Assembly: GCA_015486105.1 (NCBI GenBank)
Contig: WFSI01000093.1
Coordinates: forward strand, 1 to 48,154
Direction of reading: 5' to 3'
Length of the DNA: 48,154 nt
From: Aquificota bacterium
GTDB lineage: Bacteria > Thermosulfidibacterota > Thermosulfidibacteria > Thermosulfidibacterales > B14-G1
Notes under the pieces: model-generated
Databases searched by the model: none
Told to the model about the DNA's origin: nothing
What the model saw: only the letters and a program-made list of their open reading frames with translations
Position numbers and translations under genes: made by a program
Shown here: positions 18,866-28,300 of the stretch, in pieces
Layout of the letters: the number at the start of each line of letters is the position of its first letter
Numbering within the stretch: the stretch's first letter is position 1

Positions 18866-20925
18866 TCTTTTCCTTCCCCCTCCAAAGGCAAAAAGATCAG
18901 GAAGGTAACACCCACAGGAGGATTGTTCACCACCTCTATTTTACCTCCATGAAGCTCGGCAATCCTCTTGGCAATAGAGAGTCCCAAGCCAGTACCCGTG
19001 CTTTTGGTGGTAAAAAAGGGATTGAAAATGTTAGACAAATCCTTTTCTGGAATGCCTCCTCCTGTATCTGAAACCTCCACCCTCACCATCTCCCCGCCCT
19101 GTTTTACTGCCCGAGAGGTGGAAACCGTGATGGATCCCTTCCTTCCAATGGCTTGCAGGGCATTAGAAATAAGGTTCATAAAAACCTGCCTTATCTGAGG
19201 AGGATCTACATATACAGGGGGAAGGGCCCTATCCAGCTTCTTAACCACTATGATGTTTCTATCCCTCAACTCCTCAGCATGGAGAAAGAGCACATCGTCC
19301 AAAAGGGCATTGATGTCCGTGAGTCTCTTCTTAAGACGGGGAACCTTAGAATAACCCAATACGTTGGAGAGAATCTTTTCGGCCTCCTCCACCTCTTTGA
19401 GGATGGTCTTGGTGTAAACCTTATCGGGACAGTCCTCAGCCATCTTGTCATGAAGTCTCTTGGCAAATCCCCCAATAGCCACCAAGGGATTCTTAAGATC
19501 ATGAGCCACCCGGGCAGCTAACTCTCCCAGTGTAGCCAATTTCTCAGAATGAAAGAGCCTCTCCTGAGCATCCTCCAGATCCTCGCTGGTCCTTTTCAAA
19601 GTCTCCTGAAGCCTCCCGCTCTCTAAAGCCAATGCCAACTGATGGGAAAACATGGTGAGAAACTGCATCTCTTCAGCCTCTAAGGAAGCACTCTTGCCCA
19701 CCACCAGGGCCCCCACCAGGGTCTTTTCTCCCATCAAGGGCAAAGCCACATGGAACACACCCCCTTCACAAAAGGGTAAGTCCTTGGCAACGTTGGAAAG
19801 ATGAAGGGCCTCACCTTTTTCCAGCTCCTTTAAGAGGTAATCAGGAAGGCTAACCTCCCTGATATCCCGAAAGGCAGGAGAAGACTCTACCCTTTTAAGG
19901 TACTCCTCTTCTATCTCCCACTCCCTATCCCCCCAGGGGGAAAGACCAAACCAGGAAATGCCTATGAAACCCTTCAAACACCCGGTAGAGGAATAATGAA
20001 GAAAAAGAAAGGCCTGGGGAAGACCCAAACCCTTCTGAGGATCGGTAAGGGCTCTAAGGGCCAAAAGGGCTCTCTTCCTAAGCTCCGATGTCATTCTATA
20101 AGCATTACCCACCTGATACAAGATAGAGAGAAAGCGAATCTGCCTCTCCCTCTCATCCACCAAACCTTTAAGGCGCTCGTAAAGGGCAATATTCTCTAAA
20201 AAAGTACCAGCTAGTTCCGCCAGTATGTGAATCACCCGCTTCTGATAACGATTGAAGCTCGTCCTTTTGGGAAGGTAAAGCTCTATCACACCCCAGTTAC
20301 CCTTAGGAGACTCCAAGGAAACCACCCACCTCTTAAAAAGATCTTCACTGTAATAGCGTATCAAATCCCCCTTATCCTTAGTCTCCCTAACACCATAGGT
20401 GCGGTGACCCTGAGTATCGAAAAGGGTCACACTCACATAAGAAGCCTTAGAAAACCTCTTGGCAAAATGGGCCAGTTTTTCACCCATCTCCTCTCTATCC
20501 AAGGTAGATCCTAATTCCCTACCCGCAGAGTAGAGATCCAGAAGAAGCCGGGATCCCATCTTTAATTCTCTCTTGGACTGGAGATTCCTAAGGAACTGAT
20601 CCACCTGGCCTGTTACTACCTGAAGGAGCAATCTGTCATTGGGGGACAGCTCCCTCTTTTTCACTACAAGATCCCCCCTTGGCTCATTCCCATGAAGCAA
20701 GGTAAATATTTCAAATTCCTCCTTCTCACCCTCCAAAGCCTTTTTATAAGAATTGGAGTCCAAGCCCTCCGGCCATAGATAAACCTGCCCTGGCATAAAG
20801 AGGCATATGCCTTCCAAAGAAAGGGCTTCGCCCACTAAAGCCAAAATCTCCCTGATGCCCCTCTTAAAGCTAGCTTGGCTACATATAATACCACATATCC
20901 TTAAAACCAGATCGAGAGGTTCCAT
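18853..20925 (-). CDS. Cytoplasmic multi-GAF sensor histidine kinase
   Basis: GAF-like repeats, SEKLATLGE, H-box AHDLKNPL, NLISNA, DTGGG, FNPFF and GTGLGL. ATG at 20925 with a GGGAG RBS. Confidence 0.92.
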   Translation of the reverse strand: MEPLDLVLRICGIICSQASFKRGIREILALVGEALSLEGICLFMPGQVYLWPEGLDSNSYKKALEGEKEEFEIFTLLHGNEPRGDLVVKKRELSPNDRLLLQVVTGQVDQFLRNLQSKRELKMGSRLLLDLYSAGRELGSTLDREEMGEKLAHFAKRFSKASYVSVTLFDTQGHRTYGVRETKDKGDLIRYYSEDLFKRWVVSLESPKGNWGVIELYLPKRTSFNRYQKRVIHILAELAGTFLENIALYERLKGLVDERERQIRFLSILYQVGNAYRMTSELRKRALLALRALTDPQKGLGLPQAFLFLHYSSTGCLKGFIGISWFGLSPWGDREWEIEEEYLKRVESSPAFRDIREVSLPDYLLKELEKGEALHLSNVAKDLPFCEGGVFHVALPLMGEKTLVGALVVGKSASLEAEEMQFLTMFSHQLALALESGRLQETLKRTSEDLEDAQERLFHSEKLATLGELAARVAHDLKNPLVAIGGFAKRLHDKMAEDCPDKVYTKTILKEVEEAEKILSNVLGYSKVPRLKKRLTDINALLDDVLFLHAEELRDRNIIVVKKLDRALPPVYVDPPQIRQVFMNLISNALQAIGRKGSITVSTSRAVKQGGEMVRVEVSDTGGGIPEKDLSNIFNPFFTTKSTGTGLGLSIAKRIAELHGGKIEVVNNPPVGVTFLIFLPLEGEGKECPR

Positions 20926-21003
20926 CTTGTATCTCCCTTTACTAAGGATAATGCAAAAGTGAGGTATTATCAAAGCTTACAGATTGGAGAATCCGCCTTT
21001 TTC

Positions 21004-21021
21004 CTAAGGTTGAAACCTTAG
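21004..21021. repeat. Palindrome CTAAGGTT-GA-AACCTTAG between nuoN and the kinase
   Basis: Perfect 8-bp arms with a 2-nt centre; no U-tract on either side. Confidence 0.5.
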
Positions 21022-21094
21022 AAAGGTAAAAACCCCATTTAGGATATTCCCCAAAAAGCCAAGACTGCAAACACCAAAAGCGTAAAATACATCC

Positions 21095-22543
21095 CTAAAA
21101 GGCAAGCCAAGCAAAAGAGCTATAGGAAGCAGAAAGGGCACTCCCTGGAAAGATACCCAATTGAAATATGCCTACTACAACGATAAGCAAGGCAATAACG
21201 GCGGCAGGATGAATGGAAAAGGCATACTCCTCCTTCGGTTCTACCATATACATCACATAAACCACCTTTAGGTAATAGTAGGCAGCCACGGCGCTGTTAA
21301 AAACAGCTATAATGACCAAGGGTATAAGCCCCGATCTTATTCCAGAGGCAAATACATAGAACTTACCCATAAAACCTGCCGTCCCCGGGATACCTGCCAG
21401 AGAGAAAAAGCATATGGCCATAGCCGCTGCCAACACAGGTCTTTTAGCTGCCAAGCCAGCATAATCCGAGATGTCCACGAATCTCTCTCCCTGACGACCT
21501 ACCAATGACACGACACCAAAGGCCCCCAGATTCATAAGGGAATAGGCCAACATATAAAATATCACCGCCGCTCCTCCTTGCCTGGAGGCAGCAGCCACAC
21601 CCACCAAAGCATATCCGGCATGGGCTATGCTGGAGTAAGCCAGAAGACGCTTAATGTTTTCCTGGCGAAGGGCTGCAAAGTTTCCAATAACCATGGAAGC
21701 CACCGATACCACGGTAACTATGACTACCCAATGGGCCTTCAAGGGATACAGCGCCATTCCCAAAAAGCGAAGCATCACCGCAAAAACAGCTACCTTGGCT
21801 GCTGTAGCCATGAAACCAGCTACAGGAGCAGGGGCACCGCCATAGACGTCAGGGGCCCACCCATGAAAAGGCGCTGCCGAGACCTTGAAGAAAAAGCCCA
21901 CTAACACCAATACAACCCCCACAAGCAGCGTAGCGGAAGGAGAAGCAGTGGAGACAAACCGAGCTACATCCTGAAAATAAAGGCTCCCCACAACACTATA
22001 TATGAAAGCCAACCCCATAAGGAAAATGGCTGATGCAAACCCGCCCAAGAATAGGTACTTCAAAGCCGCCTCATTGCACAGGTCCCTTTGACGCACAAAA
22101 CCTGCCAAGGCATAGAGGGCAATGGAAAGAACCTCCAATCCCACGAAAAAGAGGATAAGGTGCTGGGCCGAAGTCATAAAGAAAAGCCCTATAACTGAAA
22201 AAAGAATAAGGGCGTAATACTCTCCCAGGTTCCGACCTTCTTGGCGAAGGTACCCAGGGGAAAAAAGGAAGGTGAGACCAGCAATAAGGATGTATATAAG
22301 AAAAGTAATGATAGATAGTTTATCAGTTATTAGGGTATGAGCAAAGGTAAGACTATGCACATTCCAAAGGCCCAAGGAAAACCAGGCGGCCAGGGCTAGC
22401 CCCACCAATCCCAGATAGCCATAGTGACTCTCCCTTCCCTTGGCACCAAAGACATCTACAAACAGCACCACCACCCCCGTAACTAAAAGCACAATAACGG
22501 GCAACAAAGGGCGAATATTGACAGACAACGCTTGAGTAGTCAT
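21095..22543 (-). CDS. nuoN: NADH-quinone oxidoreductase subunit N
   Basis: [38 protein letters not shown] and FSLAGIP. Confidence 0.95.
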   Translation of the reverse strand: MTTQALSVNIRPLLPVIVLLVTGVVVLFVDVFGAKGRESHYGYLGLVGLALAAWFSLGLWNVHSLTFAHTLITDKLSIITFLIYILIAGLTFLFSPGYLRQEGRNLGEYYALILFSVIGLFFMTSAQHLILFFVGLEVLSIALYALAGFVRQRDLCNEAALKYLFLGGFASAIFLMGLAFIYSVVGSLYFQDVARFVSTASPSATLLVGVVLVLVGFFFKVSAAPFHGWAPDVYGGAPAPVAGFMATAAKVAVFAVMLRFLGMALYPLKAHWVVIVTVVSVASMVIGNFAALRQENIKRLLAYSSIAHAGYALVGVAAASRQGGAAVIFYMLAYSLMNLGAFGVVSLVGRQGERFVDISDYAGLAAKRPVLAAAMAICFFSLAGIPGTAGFMGKFYVFASGIRSGLIPLVIIAVFNSAVAAYYYLKVVYVMYMVEPKEEYAFSIHPAAVIALLIVVVGIFQLGIFPGSALSASYSSFAWLAF

Positions 22544-24123
22544 GGCCTCACCTCAACCTTGCGTTCTTCCACTACGGACGCCGCCAGGGAAATCTTCCCC
22601 TTTATTTCAGGATTATGCTCCATGGCCACAGCTGTATCCCCCTTAATCTGGGCAATGAAATGGGCAACGGAAGGCTCCATCCTCTGTAAAACTGGCTTTG
22701 GATAGATGCCTATCCAAAACATGGGAATGCTGAACATGAGGCAGATCACAACCTCCCTAAGCCCAAGGTCCTTCAAAGAAAGATTTTCCTTAACGGTGAT
22801 TTCATGGAAAAAGACCCTCTTAACCAGCCAAAGCATGTAACAAGCAGAAAGCACCGAAGTTGTAGCCCCCAATGCCCCATAAATAGGATACGCCTTAAAG
22901 GTTCCCACCAAGGCCAAAAACTCCCCAACAAAACCGTTTAACCCAGGGAGACCTATGGAAGAGAAGGTAGCAATCAGGAAAAAGGCAGAATATATGGGCA
23001 TAACCTTGGCAATGCCTCCATAATCCTTTATAAGTCGAGTGTGTCTTCTATCGTAGGCCATACCCACCAGCAAAAAGAGGGCACCCGTAGAAATACCGTG
23101 GTTTACCATCTGGAGGAGCCCCCCAGAAACTCCTTGCAAGGTAAGGGCAAACATACCCAGCATAACCAAACCCAAGTGGGAAACAGAGGTATAAGCCACC
23201 AGTTTCTTCATATCATCTTGGACCAAAGCCACCAAGGCCCCATAGATAATGCTGATAATAGCCAGTATCAAAAAAAGATTACTGAACCGAAGGGCCGCAT
23301 GGGGAAAGAAGGGCATACAAAACCGCATGAAACCGTAAGTACCCATCTTTAGGAGCACACCAGCAAGAATCACCGATCCGGCAGTAGGGGCTTCCACGTG
23401 GGCATCGGGCAACCACGTATGAAAAGGGAACATGGGCACCTTAATAGCAAAGGCCAAGGCAAAGGCCAAAAAGAGCCATGGGGCAAGAGACGGGGAAACA
23501 GGCGTTGATAGAAGCTTGGCTAAACTGAAGGTGAGCTCCCCCGCCACCCGATAGTGATGATAATAAAGGAAAATGATAGAAACCAGCATAAGCACAGAAC
23601 CCGCCATAGTATAAAGGAAGAACTTGATGGCGGCATATACCCTCCTGGGCCCTCCCCAGACGCCAATAAGGAGATACATGGGCACCAGCATGGCCTCCCA
23701 AAAGAGATAGAAAAGCAGCATGTCCAAAGCACAAAAGACACCAATCATGGTGGTCTCTAAAAGAAGAAAGGATATCATGTACTCCTTGATATGCTTCTGG
23801 ATAGACCAGGAGGCCAATATAGAGAGCATAGTTAGAAAGGTAGTGAGAAGCACTAAAAAGAGGGTTATACCGTCTATCCCCAGGTGATAGTTGGCCCCCA
23901 GGATCTTGATCCACGGAATCTTCTCAACAAACTGAAAGTGATAAGTTCCCAAGTGAAATTTAAAATAGAGCGGGATGGAAAGAATAAACTCCGCCACAGT
24001 GGTTACAAAAGCCACCCAGCGAAGAAGGTCTTTGCTCTCCTTATCAACGAAGAGCAAAACAAGCACACCCACCAATGGGAAGAAGGTAATAATAGTCAAA
24101 ACAGGATACGTAAAACCGCCCAT
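22540..24123 (-). CDS. nuoM: NADH-quinone oxidoreductase subunit M
   Basis: [16 protein letters not shown] and [29 protein letters not shown]. Confidence 0.96.
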   Translation of the reverse strand: MGGFTYPVLTIITFFPLVGVLVLLFVDKESKDLLRWVAFVTTVAEFILSIPLYFKFHLGTYHFQFVEKIPWIKILGANYHLGIDGITLFLVLLTTFLTMLSILASWSIQKHIKEYMISFLLLETTMIGVFCALDMLLFYLFWEAMLVPMYLLIGVWGGPRRVYAAIKFFLYTMAGSVLMLVSIIFLYYHHYRVAGELTFSLAKLLSTPVSPSLAPWLFLAFALAFAIKVPMFPFHTWLPDAHVEAPTAGSVILAGVLLKMGTYGFMRFCMPFFPHAALRFSNLFLILAIISIIYGALVALVQDDMKKLVAYTSVSHLGLVMLGMFALTLQGVSGGLLQMVNHGISTGALFLLVGMAYDRRHTRLIKDYGGIAKVMPIYSAFFLIATFSSIGLPGLNGFVGEFLALVGTFKAYPIYGALGATTSVLSACYMLWLVKRVFFHEITVKENLSLKDLGLREVVICLMFSIPMFWIGIYPKPVLQRMEPSVAHFIAQIKGDTAVAMEHNPEIKGKISLAASVVEERKVEVRP

Positions 24124-24138
24124 CTCTCCTCTCCTCGC

Positions 24139-26019
24139 CTAAAATAGTCTGCCAATCCAGTAGATGACCACTGCTCCCATCAGGATCATCCAGGCATAGT
24201 CGGGGATATACCCCGTCTGAAACTGCCGGATGCCGCTCCCAGCCAGACGACAGAGCCTCCCCACCCCATTTACTGTGCCATCTATAATGACCACATCCAC
24301 AAACTTCCACAGAAGGTAACGAGACCCATCCACCAAGGGATTGATAATAAAAGCGAAGTAAATCTCGTCCACATAGTACTTGTTATAGAGCAAGGTATAG
24401 ACAGGCCTAAAGGTCCTGGCCATCCCCACAGGGTCAGGCATTTTCCTCATGTACATGAAATAGGCCAATATGATACCAGCTACCCCCATGATGACCGAAA
24501 TAACCAAAAGCACATGCTCCACCCCTGCCCCAGCTTCCTCCCCATGGGCTGCTACTTCACCCAAAACCTTATTAAGGAACCCACCGATACCCCCATGGGG
24601 ACCCAAAGCCAAAAGACCTACCACTGCTGAACCAACAGCCAGTACTATCAGAGGCACCGTCATCACTGGAGGCGATTCTTGAGCTATTTCATAGAGATGA
24701 CTATCCCTAGGCTTACCAAAGAAGGTGAGAAAGATAAGCCTAAACATATAAAAAGCCGTGAGGAAAGCTGTAAAGGTTCCCACAAACCAAATCACCTTGT
24801 GTCCATGCATGAAGGCCCCCGCCAAGATCTCGTCCTTAGACCAGAAGCCTGATAAAGGAGGTATACCTGAAATGGCCAATGCCCCAACTATAAAGGTCCA
24901 TCCTGTGATGGGCATCTTCTTGATAAGCCCTCCCATCTTCTGCATGTTCAGCTCACCGTGAAGCATATGCATCACCGAGCCAGCGCAGAGAAACATAAGG
25001 CCTTTGAAGAAGGCATGGGTAAAGAGATGGAAGATACCAGCAGCGTAAACCCCCACTCCAACACCAATAAACATGTAACCCAGCTGACTTATGGTAGAAT
25101 AAGCCAAGACACGCTTGAGGTCATTGTTCACCAAGGCAATAGTGGCAGCCAATAAGGCGGTAAAAGCACCGATGGAAGCCACTATCTCAGCAGAGAAGGG
25201 GGCCAAATTGTAAAGGACATGGACCCTGGCCACCATGTACACACCCGCAGTGACCATGGTGGCAGCATGGATAAGGGCACTGACCGGGGTAGGGCCTTCC
25301 ATGGCATCAGGGAGCCACACATAGAGAGGGAACTGGGCAGATTTACCAACGGCGCCAACAAAGAGAAAGAGGGTTATGAGGGTAATGATAAGGGGAGAAG
25401 CAAGAGAAGCCCTGGAAAAAACATCAGCAAACATCAAAGAACCATAGAACTTGTATATGGCAAAGAGACCGATCATGAACCCGAGATCTCCAAGTCTGGT
25501 AGTGACAAAGGCCTTCATACCTGCATTGGCCGCGCTGGTCTTCTCATACCAGTACCCGATAAGCAAGTAGGAGCAAAGGCCTACTCCCTCCCAGCCAACA
25601 AACATGAGTAAAAAGTTGTTAGCAGAAACCAGCAGGAGCATAAAAAATGTGAACAGGTTTAACCAAGAAAAGTATTTAGCGTAACCCCTGGGGGTCTCGT
25701 GCTCCATGTACCCAATTGAATAGAGATGAATCCAGGCAGCCACAAAGGAAACCGTGGCCAACATAACCGCCGATAGCTCATCAACAAGGAATCCAACGGG
25801 TATCCTGAAACTCCCCACCGGAATCCACGTATAAAGGTTCATATCACCATGAGCACCGCCTATCACCTTAGAAAGCACCACTAAGGAACATATGCATGAG
25901 GCAAAAAGGGCTGGCACCGCAATGAGATGGGCTTTCTTCTTGGTCACCCACAGAAAGATGCCGTTTATGGCTGCACCCAAAAGAGGAATAAAAACGGCCC
26001 CCACCACCCAAATCATCAT
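24139..26019 (-). CDS. nuoL: NADH-quinone oxidoreductase subunit L
   Basis: GWEGVGLCSYLLIG and GKSAQFPLYVWLPDAMEGPTPVSALIHAATMV. Confidence 0.96.
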   Translation of the reverse strand: MMIWVVGAVFIPLLGAAINGIFLWVTKKKAHLIAVPALFASCICSLVVLSKVIGGAHGDMNLYTWIPVGSFRIPVGFLVDELSAVMLATVSFVAAWIHLYSIGYMEHETPRGYAKYFSWLNLFTFFMLLLVSANNFLLMFVGWEGVGLCSYLLIGYWYEKTSAANAGMKAFVTTRLGDLGFMIGLFAIYKFYGSLMFADVFSRASLASPLIITLITLFLFVGAVGKSAQFPLYVWLPDAMEGPTPVSALIHAATMVTAGVYMVARVHVLYNLAPFSAEIVASIGAFTALLAATIALVNNDLKRVLAYSTISQLGYMFIGVGVGVYAAGIFHLFTHAFFKGLMFLCAGSVMHMLHGELNMQKMGGLIKKMPITGWTFIVGALAISGIPPLSGFWSKDEILAGAFMHGHKVIWFVGTFTAFLTAFYMFRLIFLTFFGKPRDSHLYEIAQESPPVMTVPLIVLAVGSAVVGLLALGPHGGIGGFLNKVLGEVAAHGEEAGAGVEHVLLVISVIMGVAGIILAYFMYMRKMPDPVGMARTFRPVYTLLYNKYYVDEIYFAFIINPLVDGSRYLLWKFVDVVIIDGTVNGVGRLCRLAGSGIRQFQTGYIPDYAWMILMGAVVIYWIGRLF

Positions 26020-26032
26020 ATCTCCTCTCCTC

Positions 26033-26338
26033 TCACCACTTCATCAAGTGTGCCCGATCTACATCAACACCACCCCTGTTCCTGTAAAAGGTGGTGATGA
26101 CCGCCATCCCAATGGCCGCCTCAGCAGCGGCCACAGCCATGACAAACAAGACAATGACCTGACCCTCTGCACTCCCCATGTGCCTGGACAACGCCATAAA
26201 CAAAATATTCACCCCGTTGAGCATAAGCTCTAAACAGAGAAACATGACGATGGTGTTTCTCCTAACCATCAATCCCAACGCTCCCAAGAGAAAAACCAAC
26301 ACACTCAACACCGTATACTGAAAAAGCCCTACTCCCAC
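26033..26338 (-). CDS. nuoK: NADH-quinone oxidoreductase subunit K
   Basis: RRNTI..F.CLELMLN and VAAAEAAIG. GTG start at 26338 (101 aa). Confidence 0.94.
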   Translation of the reverse strand: MGVGLFQYTVLSVLVFLLGALGLMVRRNTIVMFLCLELMLNGVNILFMALSRHMGSAEGQVIVLFVMAVAAAEAAIGMAVITTFYRNRGGVDVDRAHLMKW

Positions 26339-26348
26339 CTTATACCCC

Positions 26349-26852
26349 CTACAGCTTCTTCTTAGCCAATGCCACAGCTCCCAAAGCAGCAACAAAAATG
26401 AGAACGGAAACCAGCTCAAAGGCCAGCATGTAACGGGTGAAAATGAGATGGGAAATCTCACCTATGGACACACCGTGGGATCCCCCTTTCACCCATCCCT
26501 TCCACTCCACACCAAGGACAACCACTTGAATAACAAAGAGGACAACAGCGCCTAAGCCGAACAAGAACCTCCAAGGCGCTATCCTATCCTCATACTCCCC
26601 TTTGTGCAGGTTCATGAGCATGAGAACAAAAAGGAAAAAAACCATGATGGCTCCAGCGTAGACGATGACCTGGAGCATAGCAATGAAGGGAGCCCCCATA
26701 AGAGCCAAGTACATAACAGCAGTAATACACAAATTAGCCAACAGAGAAAGGGCCGAATAGACGGGATTTTTGAGAAAAACTACCCCCAAAGCCGAGAGGA
26801 GAATCAACACAGCCAAAAAGAAAAAAAGCACATCCCAAAGATTAATAATCAT
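26349..26852 (-). CDS. nuoJ: NADH-quinone oxidoreductase subunit J
   Basis: NPVYSAL, QVIVYAGAIMVFFLFVLMLMN and FELVS. ATG at 26852. Confidence 0.94.
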   Translation of the reverse strand: MIINLWDVLFFFLAVLILLSALGVVFLKNPVYSALSLLANLCITAVMYLALMGAPFIAMLQVIVYAGAIMVFFLFVLMLMNLHKGEYEDRIAPWRFLFGLGAVVLFVIQVVVLGVEWKGWVKGGSHGVSIGEISHLIFTRYMLAFELVSVLIFVAALGAVALAKKKL

Positions 26853-26854
26853 AG

Positions 26855-27286
26855 CTACTCCCCACCCGTTTTCTCTAAGAGCCAATTCTTTTCCTTTAAC
26901 AGATGCACTCTACCAGGACCCGGTACCGTTAACTCATAATCCTGGGTCATCTCTATTGCCCCTCGGGGACAAGCATCCACACACAAGCCGCAAAATATAC
27001 ATCTACCATAATCAATGGCGTAATACTCAGCATACTTACCCACATCAGAGCGCTTAAACTCGGGATCCTCCTTCCCATAGAGCTTTATTGCATACGCAGG
27101 ACAAATCTCCTCACAGAGACCACAGGCACAGCATCTCTCTCTTCCATCCTCATCTACCTTGAGAATGTGCCTCCCCCTGTATCTATCCGAGACCTGCCTT
27201 TTCTCGTATGGATATTTTATAGTGATATGAGGCTTAAAGAGATGGCCAAAAGTGACGCTCAATCCCTTAATCAACGGCCCAATCAT
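26855..27286 (-). CDS. nuoI: NADH-quinone oxidoreductase subunit I
   Basis: YPYEK, RYRGRH and two CxxCxxCxxxCP motifs. Confidence 0.95.
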   Translation of the reverse strand: MIGPLIKGLSVTFGHLFKPHITIKYPYEKRQVSDRYRGRHILKVDEDGRERCCACGLCEEICPAYAIKLYGKEDPEFKRSDVGKYAEYYAIDYGRCIFCGLCVDACPRGAIEMTQDYELTVPGPGRVHLLKEKNWLLEKTGGE

Positions 27287-27289
27287 GAC

Positions 27290-28297
27290 TTAAATTCCCC
27301 CTTGGAGAAATAGCATCACACCACCTGTTGCCACTATGTTCAACAGAGTTAAAGGCAAAAGATACTTCCAGGAAAATCCCATGAGTTGATCGTATCTGAA
27401 CCGAGGATAGGTCCACCTAACCCATAGTAAGAAAAAGAATACGGCCACTATCTTAATCAGGAACCATATGGGTCCAGGAACCCAGGCCAAAAAGGAAACG
27501 GGGCTGTACCACCCGCCCAAAAAGAGACACACAGCCACAGCAGAGGTAACTGCCATATTGGCATATTCCCCTAAGAAGAACATGGCAAACTTCATAGAGC
27601 TATACTCAGTATGATACCCACCTACCAATTCCGATTCGGCCTCCGGTAAATCAAAGGGCAAACGGTTAAGTTCGGCAGTGGCAGCCACCATATATAAAAT
27701 AAATGCCAAGGGCTGATACGCCACCAGCCACATGTTTTTCTGATAATGGACGATATCCACTAAACTAAAAGAACCCACAATCATGAGCACGCCCATGATA
27801 GAAAGCCCCAGTATAAGCTCATAGCTGATGAACTGAGCAGCAGATCTCAAACCACCAAGCAAAGGGTACTTGGAATTGGCAGACCACCCACCAAACACGA
27901 TGGCATAGACAGAAAAAGAAGACACGGCCAACAGGTAAAGAACGGCCACATTTATATCAGTAATCACCAGATTGATCTTATGCCCAAAGAGGGTAATGCT
28001 CTCCCCAAAAGGAATAACCCCTATGGCCAAAATGGCAGGAATAATAGCTATTGTAGGGGCCAAAAAGTAGAGGAACTTATCGGATTTGCTCGCTACAATA
28101 TCCTCTTTAAAAAAGAGCTTAAGGCCGTCGGCAAAGGGCTGCAAAAGCGCATGGGGACCGCAGTACATAGGCCCCAGCCTATCTTGAATATGGCCGGAAA
28201 CCTTCCTCTCAGCTAATGTCCCATACGCAACTATCAACATGAGCACCGCAAACAGCACTAACAGCTTAACCAATGCCACTATGATAGCCAGTAACAT
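27290..28297 (-). CDS. nuoH: NADH-quinone oxidoreductase subunit H
   Basis: ERKV...QDRLGP, QPFADGLK and RLPFDLPEAESELVGGYHTEYS. Confidence 0.97.
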   Translation of the reverse strand: MLLAIIVALVKLLVLFAVLMLIVAYGTLAERKVSGHIQDRLGPMYCGPHALLQPFADGLKLFFKEDIVASKSDKFLYFLAPTIAIIPAILAIGVIPFGESITLFGHKINLVITDINVAVLYLLAVSSFSVYAIVFGGWSANSKYPLLGGLRSAAQFISYELILGLSIMGVLMIVGSFSLVDIVHYQKNMWLVAYQPLAFILYMVAATAELNRLPFDLPEAESELVGGYHTEYSSMKFAMFFLGEYANMAVTSAVAVCLFLGGWYSPVSFLAWVPGPIWFLIKIVAVFFFLLWVRWTYPRFRYDQLMGFSWKYLLPLTLLNIVATGGVMLFLQGGI

Positions 28298-28300
28298 AGC

